A stretch of 64,000 nt of DNA, from positions 52,918-116,917 of IMG/VR virus record IMGVR_UViG_3300028571_000830. The stretch is one strand, 5' to 3'. A model generated the notes under the pieces. The model saw only the letters and a list, made by a program, of their open reading frames with translations. It did no database searches and was not told the origin of the DNA. The first letter of the stretch is position 1. Each line of letters starts with the position of its first letter. Position numbers and translations under genes: made by a program. Source of the DNA: a virus. This document shows, one piece after another, positions 19,620 to 29,215 of this stretch.

Positions 19620-22199
19620 TTACTTTTTCTTTGCTCTCCCTTTAGCGTTCTCTTTAGCCACTGCTAAATCGTTTGCTTGATTCTCTCTAGCCACTTGTAG
19701 TTTCTCTCTTTCAAGTTGTAGTTTTTGAGAAGCTTGTTTGTTTTGAGAATTGATTTGAGCCATTTTCATTTCGTAATCCTTTAGTGCTTTAGTTTGGTCA
19801 TTAGCAAGTTTACCAATCTCTAATACATCTGGAACACCACTAACGTCTACATCAGATAGTGGTCCAGCTTTAGATTCAGCAGCAATCAAGGCAATCTCTT
19901 TCTTATTGATTCTATCTAATTCATTTTGATAGTTGTCATTAGCAATTTCTTCATCTTTCATTTGTTGAACTTGAGCAATTTGAGCTTGAGCAATTTGTCC
20001 TTGCTGTTCCACCTTCTGTTGTTCAAGTTGTGCTTTTTGTTGCTCCATTGCTTCTTGTTTATCTTTAAGTGTCTTAAACACCTTCTTCATCTGTCTTACA
20101 GATTTAGTAGAATACAATTCAATAACATCATATAAAGATCCACCATTCTGCATTAATGGTTGAGCAAGTTGTCTAAGTTCATCAAACATCTTATTATCTT
20201 CAGGACGATTTGTTAAGAACACCTTCAAGTCTCTGAATTTCAAATCAGATCCATTCACTTGTACAAATGCAGATTCTCCTTCAGATGTAACATATGATAA
20301 TGTACTCTGTGGTTTAGCACTTTCAATATAAAGAGCTGCATCAATAATAGATTGATACACTTGACCCATAACATACTCATGAGCAACAAACAGAGGCTCT
20401 GTCTGCGAATAACTTTGTTGCATGGCAGTGTTAGTACCTGTAGCAGATTCAGAGGCTGATATAGAGCCCATACGCTGTCTAGACATACCTACAAGTTCCC
20501 AACATTCATTCTTAATTTGTTGAGCTAATGTATATCGTGCTTGTATCTCTTGTGTACGTGTTAAATCAAGAGATGTAAATTGATTGAATGAACTAGGACT
20601 CTTTAAGTTTTCAGGAGAGTCATCTATAAACACCACTCCTCTGTTACGAGCTTCCATTTCCCAGATGTCAAGAGCGTCCTGTGCATCTCCATCTTTAGGA
20701 ATAGGAATATGTCTAATAGACATAAGTTGCACCTTACCCACTTCTTTTTCAAGAAGCTTATATAACTGGTTCATACAAACATTATATATCACTTGGAAAG
20801 GCTTCATCAAATCCACTAATGATTTTGATTCAGTGTTCTTCACTTCATAGGTGATTCCTATAATAGGACAATAACTAAGTAGCTTGTAAGGTTTTATGTG
20901 ATAAATGTCTGGACCAATTTTAGTTCCTTGATACCATTGATTAATCCATCCCCATTCTAAAGAGATTTGTGTAGGGATGGTTCCACTCTTATAGTTTTCA
21001 TCAACAAGTGTAGATTGTTCATTACCCATTTCATCTGTATAGATGAGCTTACCAATCTTTTTCTTAGATATCCAATAACATCTCACTACAACATATTTAT
21101 AACCAAATGAAGATACGTTAGATGTAAGTCCTAAGAAGTCTTTTAGTCCATCGTTATTTTCTTTCATCTCACTCTCAATCATCATTCTTGTTTGTAACAC
21201 TAATGGATCGTATGTGTCATATGTAACAGAATCAATACCAGGAGAAACATTAGGATTACCTAGATTAGAGTCTCTAACATTTATCAGTCCATAATCTTGC
21301 AATGAACTACGTAAGTGATCTATTTCTTCTTTAGTCAAATCTGGAATAGATTCAATTATCTCAGATAGTTCCATCACTTGCACTGTACCTGCAGCATATG
21401 CTCCTTGTGCTCTTCCTGTAGGATCTGATATGTATTTTCTATCTGGTGTAGTGAGGAACCAAGTGTTCTTTGGATTAGACACTTCTACATTAAAACCAAG
21501 CTTGCTATTATCTTCGTATATATGATAGAACTCTCTACCAGAAATAAGCATGTCTCTAAAGGCATCCTCACTCTTTTCTTTCATATTAAACTCAGCTTTC
21601 TGACATGTAAGAATGTGGTTAGCCCATTTCTCTGCAACAGATGTATAACTATCCAGCTCATCCTTCACTTCACTCATTGTCATTTGCTGAAGTTGTTCTT
21701 CATCAATCTCTTCTCCTTCTAGAGTCACCTTTTCAAGAATTTGCTTCTTAGCTTCCTGCAATACATATTCTTGAAGAATGCCTGTTTTGAATTCAAGTTC
21801 TTCTGATTTAGAATCATCATCAAATGCTTTCACCCTAAATGTATCAGGACGTTTTGATATCTCTCCCACTAGTTCATTCACTGGTGTGGTGATGATGGAA
21901 TACATCTTTACATAAGCTGGTAAACCAAGATCTGCTGTAAGCATATCTGTAAAGCTCTTCACTTGTTCTTCTTGATAGAAATCTTCCATACGAAGAATTC
22001 CTTTCATCAAATCATAGTTCTTAACAAATGTATCTCTGTTCTTTATATACTCAGAATATGCTTTGTTTGCAAAATAATCCATTGTGTTCTTAATCCAACT
22101 CTCATCCTGCTTTTCTTTGTCAGTTTTGAATTGGTCAGGAAATATGTTTAAATATGCATACCTGATGGTAGCATCTTTAGTATATCTTATTATTGCCAT
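19620..22199 (-). CDS. Portal protein
   Basis: 859 aa after TerL; YSIITTPVNELVGE...SLVDLMKPFQVIYN...GMSRQRMG; long C-terminal coiled coil typical of crAss portals. Confidence 0.85.
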   Translation of the reverse strand: MAIIRYTKDATIRYAYLNIFPDQFKTDKEKQDESWIKNTMDYFANKAYSEYIKNRDTFVKNYDLMKGILRMEDFYQEEQVKSFTDMLTADLGLPAYVKMYSIITTPVNELVGEISKRPDTFRVKAFDDDSKSEELEFKTGILQEYVLQEAKKQILEKVTLEGEEIDEEQLQQMTMSEVKDELDSYTSVAEKWANHILTCQKAEFNMKEKSEDAFRDMLISGREFYHIYEDNSKLGFNVEVSNPKNTWFLTTPDRKYISDPTGRAQGAYAAGTVQVMELSEIIESIPDLTKEEIDHLRSSLQDYGLINVRDSNLGNPNVSPGIDSVTYDTYDPLVLQTRMMIESEMKENNDGLKDFLGLTSNVSSFGYKYVVVRCYWISKKKIGKLIYTDEMGNEQSTLVDENYKSGTIPTQISLEWGWINQWYQGTKIGPDIYHIKPYKLLSYCPIIGITYEVKNTESKSLVDLMKPFQVIYNVCMNQLYKLLEKEVGKVQLMSIRHIPIPKDGDAQDALDIWEMEARNRGVVFIDDSPENLKSPSSFNQFTSLDLTRTQEIQARYTLAQQIKNECWELVGMSRQRMGSISASESATGTNTAMQQSYSQTEPLFVAHEYVMGQVYQSIIDAALYIESAKPQSTLSYVTSEGESAFVQVNGSDLKFRDLKVFLTNRPEDNKMFDELRQLAQPLMQNGGSLYDVIELYSTKSVRQMKKVFKTLKDKQEAMEQQKAQLEQQKVEQQGQIAQAQIAQVQQMKDEEIANDNYQNELDRINKKEIALIAAESKAGPLSDVDVSGVPDVLEIGKLANDQTKALKDYEMKMAQINSQNKQASQKLQLEREKLQVARENQANDLAVAKENAKGRAKKK

Positions 22200-22351
22200 C
22201 TTACTATTTTTTTAAATCTGTTAATTATTTTTTGAAGAAGAGTTTCTTTATATAAAAAGTTATATACATCTTTTGAACCATACTTCTGTTGAACTTCTCT
22301 ATCTAACATAGATGAATCATCTTCATTTAAAAAATCATCTATTATTGCCAT
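22190..22351 (-). CDS. 53-aa hypothetical protein between terL and portal
   Basis: MAIIDDFLNEDDSSMLDREVQQKYGSKDVYNFLYKETLLQKIINRFKKIVRWQ*; start overlaps the terL stop and stop overlaps the portal start. Confidence 0.45.
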   Translation of the reverse strand: MAIIDDFLNEDDSSMLDREVQQKYGSKDVYNFLYKETLLQKIINRFKKIVRWQ

Positions 22352-25300
22352 TATATAAAAAGTTTATTTTTTCGTTTAGGAAACATTCCTCTACTCTCTG
22401 TGAATAATCTATTTTTTTGTTTTGTGTTAAACATTGATTGAATTCTACCATCTCCTGCTGATCCAATTTTTCCCATAATAGGATCCATTTTCATAGCTAA
22501 TGCTACAGCTAACTCTGCAGCAATGATTCTATCAAAGTTACCCATCTCATTATATTGTATCATTTCTTCTAATAGAACAGGATCAAATATCTTCACCATA
22601 CCCTTTGTTTCAGAAATGATATTACCATCATCATCTTTCTCAACATGTAATACATCTTCTGTGTATTTCTTTAAACATCCATGCAGAAAACTTCTAATCT
22701 TATCAGCAGATCTATGTATACCATAATCACGTCTCACTGTTGTATTAGGTACTATTTCTTTTAACCAATCTGGTTGACGTTCTAAATAATGAGCATCTCC
22801 TTTAGCTATCATGTAATCTATAAAGGATATTTCATCGTTTTCACATAGAGCCCTTGCATTGTAATACTTAATAAGGAGTCTAGCTTGTTCTTCCCAGATT
22901 TCTTTTTTATCTGGTCTAGCTGTATAAGATGCTACAAACATATCTTGATACTTCTCACCAGATATAGCATGCATACGTTTATATATGTATACAGATCCTA
23001 ATGAACTAGAATATGCAGACTTACCTTGTCTATATGGATCCACTCCTGCAACATATAGTCCATAAGGAGGGGCTTCCATAGGAAACTCATATATAACTAC
23101 AGGAGCATCTTTATCATCTGAATTTTTTAAAGGAAAGTTAGATATAGGAAGTTTATCTGTAAACTCGTGTTTGATATTTCCATCATCACTAAATAATACA
23201 ACAGGTGTTCCTGTTCTTTCATTTTGTAATAGTCTGGTTTTTTGTCTTTTAGCAGCTTCTATATCAAATATATTTGTATCTTCATTCAAGAATATATCAT
23301 CCACTTCAATTGGATAATACATTTTTTCTTTTAGATAGGCCATTCTATCTCCTGCTTTCTTTAGTCTTTCTAAATTAGATGTAACAATTTCTGTAGCTTT
23401 TTCTTCATTAGAAACAAGCATAGTTACATTGTGTAAATCACTTTTAGCATCAGCATTTAAATACTCACCTAATGAAGAATCTTCTTTGGCTTCCATTCTA
23501 TATTTATTAGAAATGAATAAGCCATGTATTCTTGTTGAGTCTTTATCGTTATTGTATTCTAAGAAGTTGAAATTGTTTACATCAAACATTAAACTCTTGG
23601 CATCCATGAATTTCTTCATATCACCTCCTGTACCTGTAAGAATAGGACTACATCCCCAACCAAATGGTGTTGTAAATCCTGGAGTGGCAGCTTGTAGTCC
23701 TCTTAAGAAAGATCCTTTACCTATCTCATCAATGATGAGTTTTCTAGGTTTTGTACCTGCAATAGCTTCCTCATTGTTTCCCTCATCTAAGTTACGTATA
23801 ATGATTTGTGAGAAAGGGATTCTCTCTCCTCCTCTGGTCTTGATACCAAGTGTCACTTGATTCTTCCAGTTATCTTCAATTCTTTGCCATCTCCATGCTT
23901 CAGGGATGAAATTGAGTCCTTTATCTATCTTATCTGTAATAAGCTTTATATCTGGGGCATTCAGTCCAGCAATAATATTTTGTGAGTTCTCATCAAACGT
24001 AGCTCCCCAAGCAATATAAGAGCTTTCAATAACTGAGTTATGCGTCACAGTGTAATTTGTAGTTAAAAATAATTTATCTTCATTATCTACTGTTATACAC
24101 GTTGATTCTGCCAACTCATCTATTTCTATACTCTTTATAGTAGTCCAGTTAATCTTAAATTGTTTTCCTTTATTACCTATTTTAATATTATCTAATTTTC
24201 TCTGCAATCTAAATATTGGCTTTTCTGTAAAAATAGTAAATAACCAACCTGCACCACATTCTTTTCCATATAATTTAGGTGTAAATTCTTTTTTAGTTAA
24301 ATTAATTCCAAGACTTCTGCATAATGAATAAAAATCATCCGATAATCTTTTATCAGTTGTTGTAAAGGAAATAGTTCCATTAGAATAAACTGTACCATCA
24401 CTATCCATTAACCCTTGCAATAAAGACATTCTTTGTTCTTCGTTTCCTTCCAAGTAATTTAAAGGTATATGTTTATTTTTAAATAAACATAGTTCATTAA
24501 ACCAATTAGTTAATATATTGTATTTTAAAGTACCTCCTTTTATTCCTGAAGTAATAAAATACGTATCCGAATCCACTCTAACTTGTAAATCTAAATCAGT
24601 AGCGTATTTATAAATAAAAGCTACTGTTTGAGGATCTATAGTAGTTATACCTAAATTTCTAGAGTTACCGTCTCCTAACCATTGTCCTAAAAAATAAGGA
24701 TCTATTGTTTGTTCTTTTTTAGAGTAATGAATTACATCATTATTAGGAATAGCAAAAAAACACTCTTCTTTATTTCTTGTAACACCGTCTTTATACCCAT
24801 TATGTATTCTTGGTTTTTTATATATAGGTAATAAATCTTTTAAAGGAATGTCTTTTATTTTATTATATCTTTTATCTTTAACTCTCCATATATGATTCTC
24901 ACAACAATAGATTTCTCTATTATCTTGAAGGGTCATTTTATAAGTTTGAATTTTACCTTGATGATATACTCCTGTTATTGTAGCTAAGTTTCCTGTATGA
25001 TCAAATATTCTGTCACCTACACTAGCTTTTCCTATTTGTATATTTCCAGATTCTGTATATAATAATTCATCATTTCTTAAAGCTTTAGCTAAACGTCTAA
25101 TGCCTAGAATAACTAAGCCTTTCTTTTCATTTTGAGCTCTATCTATTTCATTAGTTATCACCCATTCATTATCTCTAAGAAGAGGATTGGCATATTTTTG
25201 TGATATTCTTCCCCTATCATCTATAATATCCACCTCTGTGTGCCATATATTTAAATGCCAATAGAGAAATGGGTTTATATAAACACCATCCATCATACAT

Positions 25301-25422
25301 CCATTCAGACATATTTCTTTATGAAATTCATAGAAAGCATTATACTCTTGACTAGTTTTATCAGGAAGTCTTTTCTGATTTATAAACCAGTCATTATAAT
25401 CAATGCTAATTAAATCTGTCAT
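22351..25422 (-). CDS. terL: Terminase large subunit with intein (about 674 aa after splicing)
   Basis: Walker A RRLAK|S, Walker B LIIDEIG, motif III TGTGG, RNase H-like nuclease YVAGVDPY and NFDRIIA. Confidence 0.92.
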   Translation of the reverse strand: MTDLISIDYNDWFINQKRLPDKTSQEYNAFYEFHKEICLNGCMMDGVYINPFLYWHLNIWHTEVDIIDDRGRISQKYANPLLRDNEWVITNEIDRAQNEKKGLVILGIRRLAKALRNDELLYTESGNIQIGKASVGDRIFDHTGNLATITGVYHQGKIQTYKMTLQDNREIYCCENHIWRVKDKRYNKIKDIPLKDLLPIYKKPRIHNGYKDGVTRNKEECFFAIPNNDVIHYSKKEQTIDPYFLGQWLGDGNSRNLGITTIDPQTVAFIYKYATDLDLQVRVDSDTYFITSGIKGGTLKYNILTNWFNELCLFKNKHIPLNYLEGNEEQRMSLLQGLMDSDGTVYSNGTISFTTTDKRLSDDFYSLCRSLGINLTKKEFTPKLYGKECGAGWLFTIFTEKPIFRLQRKLDNIKIGNKGKQFKINWTTIKSIEIDELAESTCITVDNEDKLFLTTNYTVTHNSVIESSYIAWGATFDENSQNIIAGLNAPDIKLITDKIDKGLNFIPEAWRWQRIEDNWKNQVTLGIKTRGGERIPFSQIIIRNLDEGNNEEAIAGTKPRKLIIDEIGKGSFLRGLQAATPGFTTPFGWGCSPILTGTGGDMKKFMDAKSLMFDVNNFNFLEYNNDKDSTRIHGLFISNKYRMEAKEDSSLGEYLNADAKSDLHNVTMLVSNEEKATEIVTSNLERLKKAGDRMAYLKEKMYYPIEVDDIFLNEDTNIFDIEAAKRQKTRLLQNERTGTPVVLFSDDGNIKHEFTDKLPISNFPLKNSDDKDAPVVIYEFPMEAPPYGLYVAGVDPYRQGKSAYSSSLGSVYIYKRMHAISGEKYQDMFVASYTARPDKKEIWEEQARLLIKYYNARALCENDEISFIDYMIAKGDAHYLERQPDWLKEIVPNTTVRRDYGIHRSADKIRSFLHGCLKKYTEDVLHVEKDDDGNIISETKGMVKIFDPVLLEEMIQYNEMGNFDRIIAAELAVALAMKMDPIMGKIGSAGDGRIQSMFNTKQKNRLFTESRGMFPKRKNKLFI
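24037..25083 (-). mobile_element. Intein with LAGLIDADG endonuclease, 349 aa (TerL residues 114-462), Ala1 class-3 type
   Basis: Starts ALRNDELL after the Walker A Lys; block B CENHIW; LAGLIDADG motifs YFLGQWLGDG and LLQGLMDSDG; ends STCITV...TVTHN|S. Confidence 0.9.
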
Positions 25423-25751
25423 TTTCTATTCTTTAACCAATTTTCAGCCATTGTAGACATCTCACCATTACCCCTCACTTCCACTTTTGCTTCTTCCACT
25501 TTACGTAGTTTATCTACCACTTCTAATAAGGCTAGATAATTTTTCATGGTTTCTTGAATAAATTTTCCTTGAGATTCAATGGATGCAATCACCATAGGCA
25601 TTGTTCCACCTCTAGCTGTAGGCTTCCACTCAATCCTATCTTTAATAAGATTTAGAGGATTGGCATCAACATAAGCTTTCCATGAACTAAGCTGTTCTTC
25701 AGCCCAATCAAGCTCTGTATTAATGTATGTAGTTTTAGTAGCTTTCGCCAT
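25419..25751 (-). CDS. Hypothetical protein upstream of terL (possible small terminase)
   Basis: 110-aa helical ORF overlapping the terL start; function inferred from position only. Confidence 0.45.
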   Translation of the reverse strand: MAKATKTTYINTELDWAEEQLSSWKAYVDANPLNLIKDRIEWKPTARGGTMPMVIASIESQGKFIQETMKNYLALLEVVDKLRKVEEAKVEVRGNGEMSTMAENWLKNRK

Positions 25752-26019
25752 TATCTTCTTCTTCTAATAAGATGTCATTTAAATTCATTCCATCTCTAAT
25801 AATATCTTCAATATCATTAGAATGTTGCACATCTAGTTCTAATTCAGTTTTGTATTTTGTAAGAATGTATAACAATTCTTTATCTGATATTCCCCATGCA
25901 TCTCCTTCCCCATCAAGGGCTGTTGACAAATGCTTTCCTAAATTATATGTAGGAAAACTATTGTGCATCTCATTGAGCAAATCTATTATCTGTGTATAAT
26001 AGTTTGTTTTGATTCTCAT
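25735..26019 (-). CDS. Hypothetical protein
   Basis: 94-aa ORF in a tightly packed operon. Confidence 0.55.
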   Translation of the reverse strand: MRIKTNYYTQIIDLLNEMHNSFPTYNLGKHLSTALDGEGDAWGISDKELLYILTKYKTELELDVQHSNDIEDIIRDGMNLNDILLEEEDNGESY

Positions 26020-26024
26020 GTTAT

Positions 26025-26252
26025 TTATATTAATTGATTTAAATCTTCATCAGATAAATTGTTTTCTTCTTCTTCTTCATCCATCATATATTCTTCACGA
26101 ACATATATAGAAATTACATCTTGACTATCATTAGATGTTCCTGTAACATCTATATAATCAGCTCCTTTGTTATATAGATCAGCCAGTATTTCCATTAGAC
26201 TTTCCAATGGAATTTTTTGGAGTGTTAGTGTCTTGTTGTTCTTCTTTTCCAT
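26025..26252 (-). CDS. Hypothetical acidic protein
   Basis: 75-aa ORF in the operon. Confidence 0.55.
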   Translation of the reverse strand: MEKKNNKTLTLQKIPLESLMEILADLYNKGADYIDVTGTSNDSQDVISIYVREEYMMDEEEEENNLSDEDLNQLI

Positions 26253-26532
26253 ATCCTTTAAGCATCTTTTGTTCTTCTTTTAAACTAACCAATCCCATCC
26301 ATTCACCTATTGGACACTCACAAGATAGACATTTTGTTTTAGCATCTATATTACATCCACAATGTGTGCAATGATCATCTGGTCTTATTGGTGTATTGTG
26401 ATGTTTTGAATGTAAAGGACATTCATTACATATCAATGTTCTCTCCAGAGATGTCTTTTGTATTAATTCTTTCAGGGATGCTGGTGGAAGAAGCTTGTTT
26501 CTCCATCCCTCATATATCTGACTCATTTTCAT
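26179..26532 (-). CDS. Cys-rich Zn-finger protein
   Basis: RTLICNECP...CTHCGCNIDAKTKCLSCECPIGEW. Confidence 0.6.
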   Translation of the reverse strand: MKMSQIYEGWRNKLLPPASLKELIQKTSLERTLICNECPLHSKHHNTPIRPDDHCTHCGCNIDAKTKCLSCECPIGEWMGLVSLKEEQKMLKGYGKEEQQDTNTPKNSIGKSNGNTG

Positions 26533-26881
26533 TGTTGGTTTCTATTTTTGGTTTTAATACACTTATGTTCAATGTAACACTTTCATATTTCAGTCTTGCA
26601 TTGTTACGTCTTTGTTCAGACAAAGAATCATCATTCATTAGTCTTTCAAACAATGCTTTTTGTGAAAGAAGTTTTTTCATCTTCTTAACAGCTTTCTTAT
26701 CATTAAATACAAACTTACCAAATCCAGAAATCTCTACACTCTTAGTAGATGCCATAGCTTGATTAGCAGACTGAAACTGATGTGAAATAATAGCATCTAT
26801 TGTAAACTCAGGAATCAACATCCTTACAGACATTTTCCTAATAAGAAAGTCTTTAATTGTTAAACTCTTAGGCCTCTCCAT
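26510..26881 (-). CDS. HU/IHF-like DNA-binding protein
   Basis: KSVEISGFGKFVF HU/IHF signature. Confidence 0.65.
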   Translation of the reverse strand: MERPKSLTIKDFLIRKMSVRMLIPEFTIDAIISHQFQSANQAMASTKSVEISGFGKFVFNDKKAVKKMKKLLSQKALFERLMNDDSLSEQRRNNARLKYESVTLNISVLKPKIETNNENESDI

Positions 26882-27233
26882 GAAATAGTTTAACTTCTAA
26901 TATAACATCATCATTACTAAAATTCAAAAGAATAACAGGATTCACTTTAATTTTACTCCCATTCTTCACTAATACACCCATTTTCTTTAATTTAGAAATA
27001 ATGTTATTAATCGTAGCACTTGTTGTGTCATACTTCTTACAAAAATCTTCTCGTATATACTTATAAGACATATTACCACTAATAGCTGTAAAAGCTATCA
27101 ATTGTATTTCTCTTTGTGTAAGCTTTAAATCGTTAATTGCTGAAAGAATAGCATAATACTTTTCTGCTAATAAAAAACTATCATTTTTTATCAATTTAAG
27201 CTTTTGAACAATTGTTTTTTTGGTTTGTTCCAT
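26868..27233 (-). CDS. Winged-helix DNA-binding protein
   Basis: KLTQREIQLI...TTSATINNIISKLKKMGVL MarR-like HTH. Confidence 0.6.
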   Translation of the reverse strand: MEQTKKTIVQKLKLIKNDSFLLAEKYYAILSAINDLKLTQREIQLIAFTAISGNMSYKYIREDFCKKYDTTSATINNIISKLKKMGVLVKNGSKIKVNPVILLNFSNDDVILEVKLFHGEA

Positions 27234-27253
27234 AATCTATTACGTAATTAATA

Positions 27254-27285
27254 CAAAGATGGGAACATTATGTAACATAATCAAA
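27254..27285 (-). promoter_or_regulatory. Bacteroidota-type promoter heading the late operon
   Basis: Minus strand TTTG-N20-CATCTTTG, 20 nt before the ATG at 27233. Confidence 0.5.
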
Positions 27286-27309
27286 TACATAATTCGATGA
27301 ATAGCTATA

Positions 27310-27606
27310 TTATGCATTAATATCTTTATGAAACAATACAGTAAAATTCACTAACACTAATCCAATTACCAATCTATCTATACACTGATATCCATTTTCA
27401 TACATCCTATTATATGATACACCTAGATTATAATAAGGACTATCTAACACATTAATCTCCACTAATACTTCCATCCTCATATTCCCATATGTTCCATAAT
27501 ATAAAGAAATAATAACCAACAATAACGAAACACTTAACAATAACTCAATTCCTGTCATCATATACAGATGTGTGTGAGTACTATATGACCCACCCTCCAC
27601 CCTCAA
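27310..27606 (-). CDS. Hypothetical protein with hydrophobic segment(s); start uncertain
   Basis: IELLLSVSLLLVIISLYY; a TTTG-N20-GACCTTTG promoter-like site lies at 27604-27635. Confidence 0.4.
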   Translation of the reverse strand: MRVEGGSYSTHTHLYMMTGIELLLSVSLLLVIISLYYGTYGNMRMEVLVEINVLDSPYYNLGVSYNRMYENGYQCIDRLVIGLVLVNFTVLFHKDINA

Positions 27607-27780
27607 AGGTCTACATGTTAAACGACATAACCAAATTTATTTTAAAAATAATTTTTTTTCAAAATATAAGGGGTCTATATTAGTGAGAGAGTTGACCACT
27701 TCCAATTACAACCCCTCCTACAAATTATCGAATTGGGGATACTCCCCATAGTATTAACAAACAATTAAACAACAAAAAAA

Positions 27781-28143
27781 ATGAAAAAGGAATTAAATTT
27801 AAAAGGAAGAGATGTATTAAAAATTAAGGCATTGCCAGGCGAACTTGACTACGACAAAGAAAGTAAGATGAAAGGCAAAAAGTACAGAAGATTTGCCTAC
27901 GATAATGCAGTGTTTGTTGCCAATACAGAAGATTCCTTTTGTAAACAGTTCGATGAAGATAAGTTGTACAGTGTTGATCTACTTTGGGAACAAAATGGGG
28001 ACAAATCACAACTTAGTTTAATGAACAACACAAGTATTGATCGTGAGATTAACATGGCAAGGGCAGAAGCCACCTTGACCAGCATTATGCACAATGTTAA
28101 GGCAGAAGCTATTGATGAGGCATTGCTTGATGCTATTAGCTAA
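27781..28143 (+). CDS. Hypothetical protein, first gene of the plus (early) arm
   Basis: 120 aa; A-rich leader; followed by an intrinsic terminator. Confidence 0.7.
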   Translation: MKKELNLKGRDVLKIKALPGELDYDKESKMKGKKYRRFAYDNAVFVANTEDSFCKQFDEDKLYSVDLLWEQNGDKSQLSLMNNTSIDREINMARAEATLTSIMHNVKAEAIDEALLDAIS

Positions 28144-28144
28144 T

Positions 28145-28167
28145 AAAAGGGGCTTTGCCCCTTTTTT
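28145..28167 (+). terminator. Rho-independent terminator
   Basis: aaaaggggc-ttt-gcccctttttt. Confidence 0.8.
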
Positions 28168-28377
28168 CATATAAAGGGTGGGAGAATTGTGCCCAATTGG
28201 GTGGGATATTAAATCCTACTCATTAACCCTTTATTTATTACATAATTAACTATTAATTAGATAGTTATGTGTGTAAAAGAATAGATGTGTAACCCTCTCA
28301 GACATATAACATGCTCTTCTCAACATCATTAAATCAATACACTAATTAATATACATATAGCTTTAAACATAGAAATC

Positions 28378-28575
28378 ATGATAACAATAAGTGAACTTAT
28401 AGAATATGCATACAATAGATGTGCAATAGAAATAGATATTCTAATAGAAAAGAAACATTTAATACAAGAACAATTTAATAATGGATTGATTGATTATATG
28501 GATTATTCTTTTCTTATAGAAGATGTTCAGAATGATATAGATATTATATGTCCTATAGATATTAGTTTTATTTAA
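28378..28575 (+). CDS. Hypothetical protein
   Basis: 65-aa ORF. Confidence 0.5.
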   Translation: MITISELIEYAYNRCAIEIDILIEKKHLIQEQFNNGLIDYMDYSFLIEDVQNDIDIICPIDISFI

Positions 28576-28592
28576 ACCTCTTTATATATATT

Positions 28593-28817
28593 ATGGAAAC
28601 ACGTATTTTAGGTATTGTAGGGAACACTCTATATATACAAGGATTTTATGCTGGTGATTATTCTCATCAGCTTATTATTCCTAAACATGAATTAGATGCA
28701 TTTATAGATTCTGGAATTCCTGTATATGATAATATTAATTATATAGAATGTCAAGAACATGGAATGACATATGATCAATATATGGAATATTTAGAACAAT
28801 ATAATAAAGAATATTAA
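28593..28817 (+). CDS. Hypothetical protein
   Basis: 74-aa ORF. Confidence 0.55.
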   Translation: METRILGIVGNTLYIQGFYAGDYSHQLIIPKHELDAFIDSGIPVYDNINYIECQEHGMTYDQYMEYLEQYNKEY

Positions 28818-28822
28818 GTTAT

Positions 28823-29031
28823 TTCCTTTTGCACACACATCATTTAAGACTGATTAATTGACTATTATTATATCTGGATAATCCTTTGGGTAAAGATGTG
28901 ATATTGCCAGTCAGCGTTTTAATCAGTCTTCCAAGAATGAGACAGTTGTAATGAACAAGACCAAGTTGAGGTTAACGTGACCTTGTAAAAATCGCTTGTG
29001 AGGTTTGTTACAACTGAGTGTGTAAAGGGAA
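28823..29031 (+). ncRNA. Structured RNA motif, copy A
   Basis: 14-bp closing stem ttccttttgcacac/gtgtgtaaagggaa (2 G-U), 12-bp aagactgattaa/ttaatcagtctt, 9-bp cagttgtaa/ttacaactg; homologous to 30348-30545. Confidence 0.6.
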
Positions 29032-29115
29032 TTGTTGCATATTACATACATAACTATGGAGATATGTATTGTAGGGAACACATGCTTCTTATTATAATTA
29101 TCACCCAATATACAG

Positions 29116-29197
29116 TTATATAAAGTTGTAATGTGTGTAGAGAGAAGGATATTCCCTTAGTATTCTTTTATTCATGACACATTACAGCTTTATATAA
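29116..29197 (+). repeat. Long inverted repeat/hairpin (21-bp arms, one G-U)
   Basis: ttatataaagttgtaatgtgt ... acacattacagctttatataa. Confidence 0.75.
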
Positions 29198-29215
29198 AAT
29201 TAAAAAAACAAATCT

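Noticed and set aside
13195-23860. Plus-strand ORFs within the structural block (for example 13195, 15503, 19012, 23429)
   Set aside because: Antisense to well-supported genes and lacking recognisable motifs
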